From positions 5,423 to 69,422 of IMG/VR virus record IMGVR_UViG_3300045938_000231: DNA of 64,000 bases; one strand, 5' to 3'. Source of the DNA: a virus. Lineage: Duplodnaviria > Caudoviricetes. The stretch's first letter is position 1, and every line of letters starts with the position of its first letter. The notes under the pieces are model-generated. The model ran no database searches. It was given only the letters and a program-made list of their open reading frames with translations, and was not told the origin of the DNA. The translations under genes were made by a program, and so were the position numbers. Positions 63,072 to 64,000 of the stretch are shown here, one piece after another.

Positions 63072-64000
63072 AAATAGCCTTTTTCAAACGTTCGGATAAC
63101 GATCCGAGCACGCTGATTCTGCCGAAACAACCTGGTAAATGTCAGTATAGAAACTATACCGAGCTTGAGAAACAGTTCATACGTGATCATTATGAAAGCC
63201 TTACCACAACTGAAATCGCACAGGCGTTAGGTCGGCCAAAGTCGGGTATTCAAACCTATGCCTGGCGGGTGCTCAAGATTCGAAAGTCTCCTCAGGCATT
63301 CGCAAAATCTGTAAGCAAAGGACAGCAGGCTAGACAGGATATAGATCTGTATTCTGAACAGGAAAGGCAATTTATGCGCGATAACTGGCAGACAATGACC
63401 AACGCTGAAATAGCTAGTGCATTGGGCCGCACATTTGCTTCTGTCAAAAAGTATGGAAATAATGAACTGGGACTGAAAAGGACTCACGAAACTTTGAGTA
63501 GGATAAGCCAGCGCCCTAATGCTGGCCAGTTTCAAAAGGGTCAGCTTCCCCCTAACACCATATATGGCGACGAACAGACAATCAGAATACGGCACAGTAA
63601 TAAAGGGCCTGATTACAAGTACATCCGTACAGGTTTCCGTAAATGGCAGGAGTATCATAGATGGTTATGGATTCAGCACAACGGTCCAATACCCAAAGGC
63701 TTTATAGTAGCCTTTGAAAATGGAGATACGATGGACGTACGGATTGATAATCTTAAGCTGATTACCCTGAAAGAAAACGTATTGCGTAATTCTGGCAGTA
63801 TCAACTTATCAGATGGTTTTGTGGTCAATACACTAGCCCGACTTAATCCAGAACTAAAGCAGGAAATTCGATCAAATCATCCCGAATTAATTGAAGTCAA
63901 ACGCGCTCATATTCTTCTGAATCGGGCCTTAAAATCAGACAATCATGCCGAAATCATTGGAAATACGCCTGGAGGATCGTCTACGGACAATGAAGGATAA
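63068..64000 (+). CDS. HNH-fold protein with two N-terminal HTH repeats, catalytically degenerate
   Basis: Two YTE.EKQF.RD...T..EIA.ALGR repeats; FQKGQLPPN; HRWLWIQHNGPIPKGFIVAFENG. Confidence 0.78.
   Translation: MKIAFFKRSDNDPSTLILPKQPGKCQYRNYTELEKQFIRDHYESLTTTEIAQALGRPKSGIQTYAWRVLKIRKSPQAFAKSVSKGQQARQDIDLYSEQERQFMRDNWQTMTNAEIASALGRTFASVKKYGNNELGLKRTHETLSRISQRPNAGQFQKGQLPPNTIYGDEQTIRIRHSNKGPDYKYIRTGFRKWQEYHRWLWIQHNGPIPKGFIVAFENGDTMDVRIDNLKLITLKENVLRNSGSINLSDGFVVNTLARLNPELKQEIRSNHPELIEVKRAHILLNRALKSDNHAEIIGNTPGGSSTDNEG

Larger units (their letters stand above)
1..64000. mobile_element. Temperate siphovirus-like phage or prophage of a Bacteroidota host; both ends lie inside phage genes
   Basis: Terminase, portal, capsid, tape measure, lysis, replication and recombination genes span the window; no host housekeeping genes seen. 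Confidence 0.95.

Noticed and set aside
1-64000. tRNA, rRNA, integrase and att sites
   Set aside because: None recognised by eye; tRNAscan-SE and flank analysis are needed to exclude them firmly.

Overview
The whole window is a long-tailed (siphovirus-like) temperate phage genome from a Bacteroidota host. DUF4494, a stand-alone LytTR protein and TAnnTTTG promoter elements point to Cytophagales such as Spirosoma or Fibrella (inference). It has two arms. A leftward late arm runs from 59137 to 7175: ParB-like protein plus TAGT-type glycosyltransferase, terS, terL, tail tube, portal, scaffold, capsid, neck, tail chaperones with a -1 frameshift, tape measure, tail tip and fibres, holin and GH108 endolysin. 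A rightward early arm starts at 59281 (Sak recombinase, HNH-like protein) and appears to continue at position 1 (iteron-containing replication initiator, VRR-NUC, ASCH). The arms meet at a bidirectional terminator at 7138-7169. No integrase or CI-type repressor is visible, so this may be a circularly permuted replicon or phage-plasmid. The late arm is interrupted by a Phd-RelE toxin-antitoxin pair, three AT-rich cargo islands (DUF2971; lipoprotein plus membrane partner; DUF4062-unknown-HNH) and two inverted paralogous cassettes (XRE-HTH, operator and hairpin, unknown ORF, antirepressor, MANQ micro-protein, LAGLIDADG endonuclease). Strongest leads: the duplicated cassettes with co-diverged repressor/operator pairs, a four-copy family of unannotated 56-59 aa proteins, the DNA glycosyltransferase broken by a single amber codon, and tail-fibre-like proteins carrying Sec signal peptides. 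All family assignments come from motif recognition by eye; no database searches were run.
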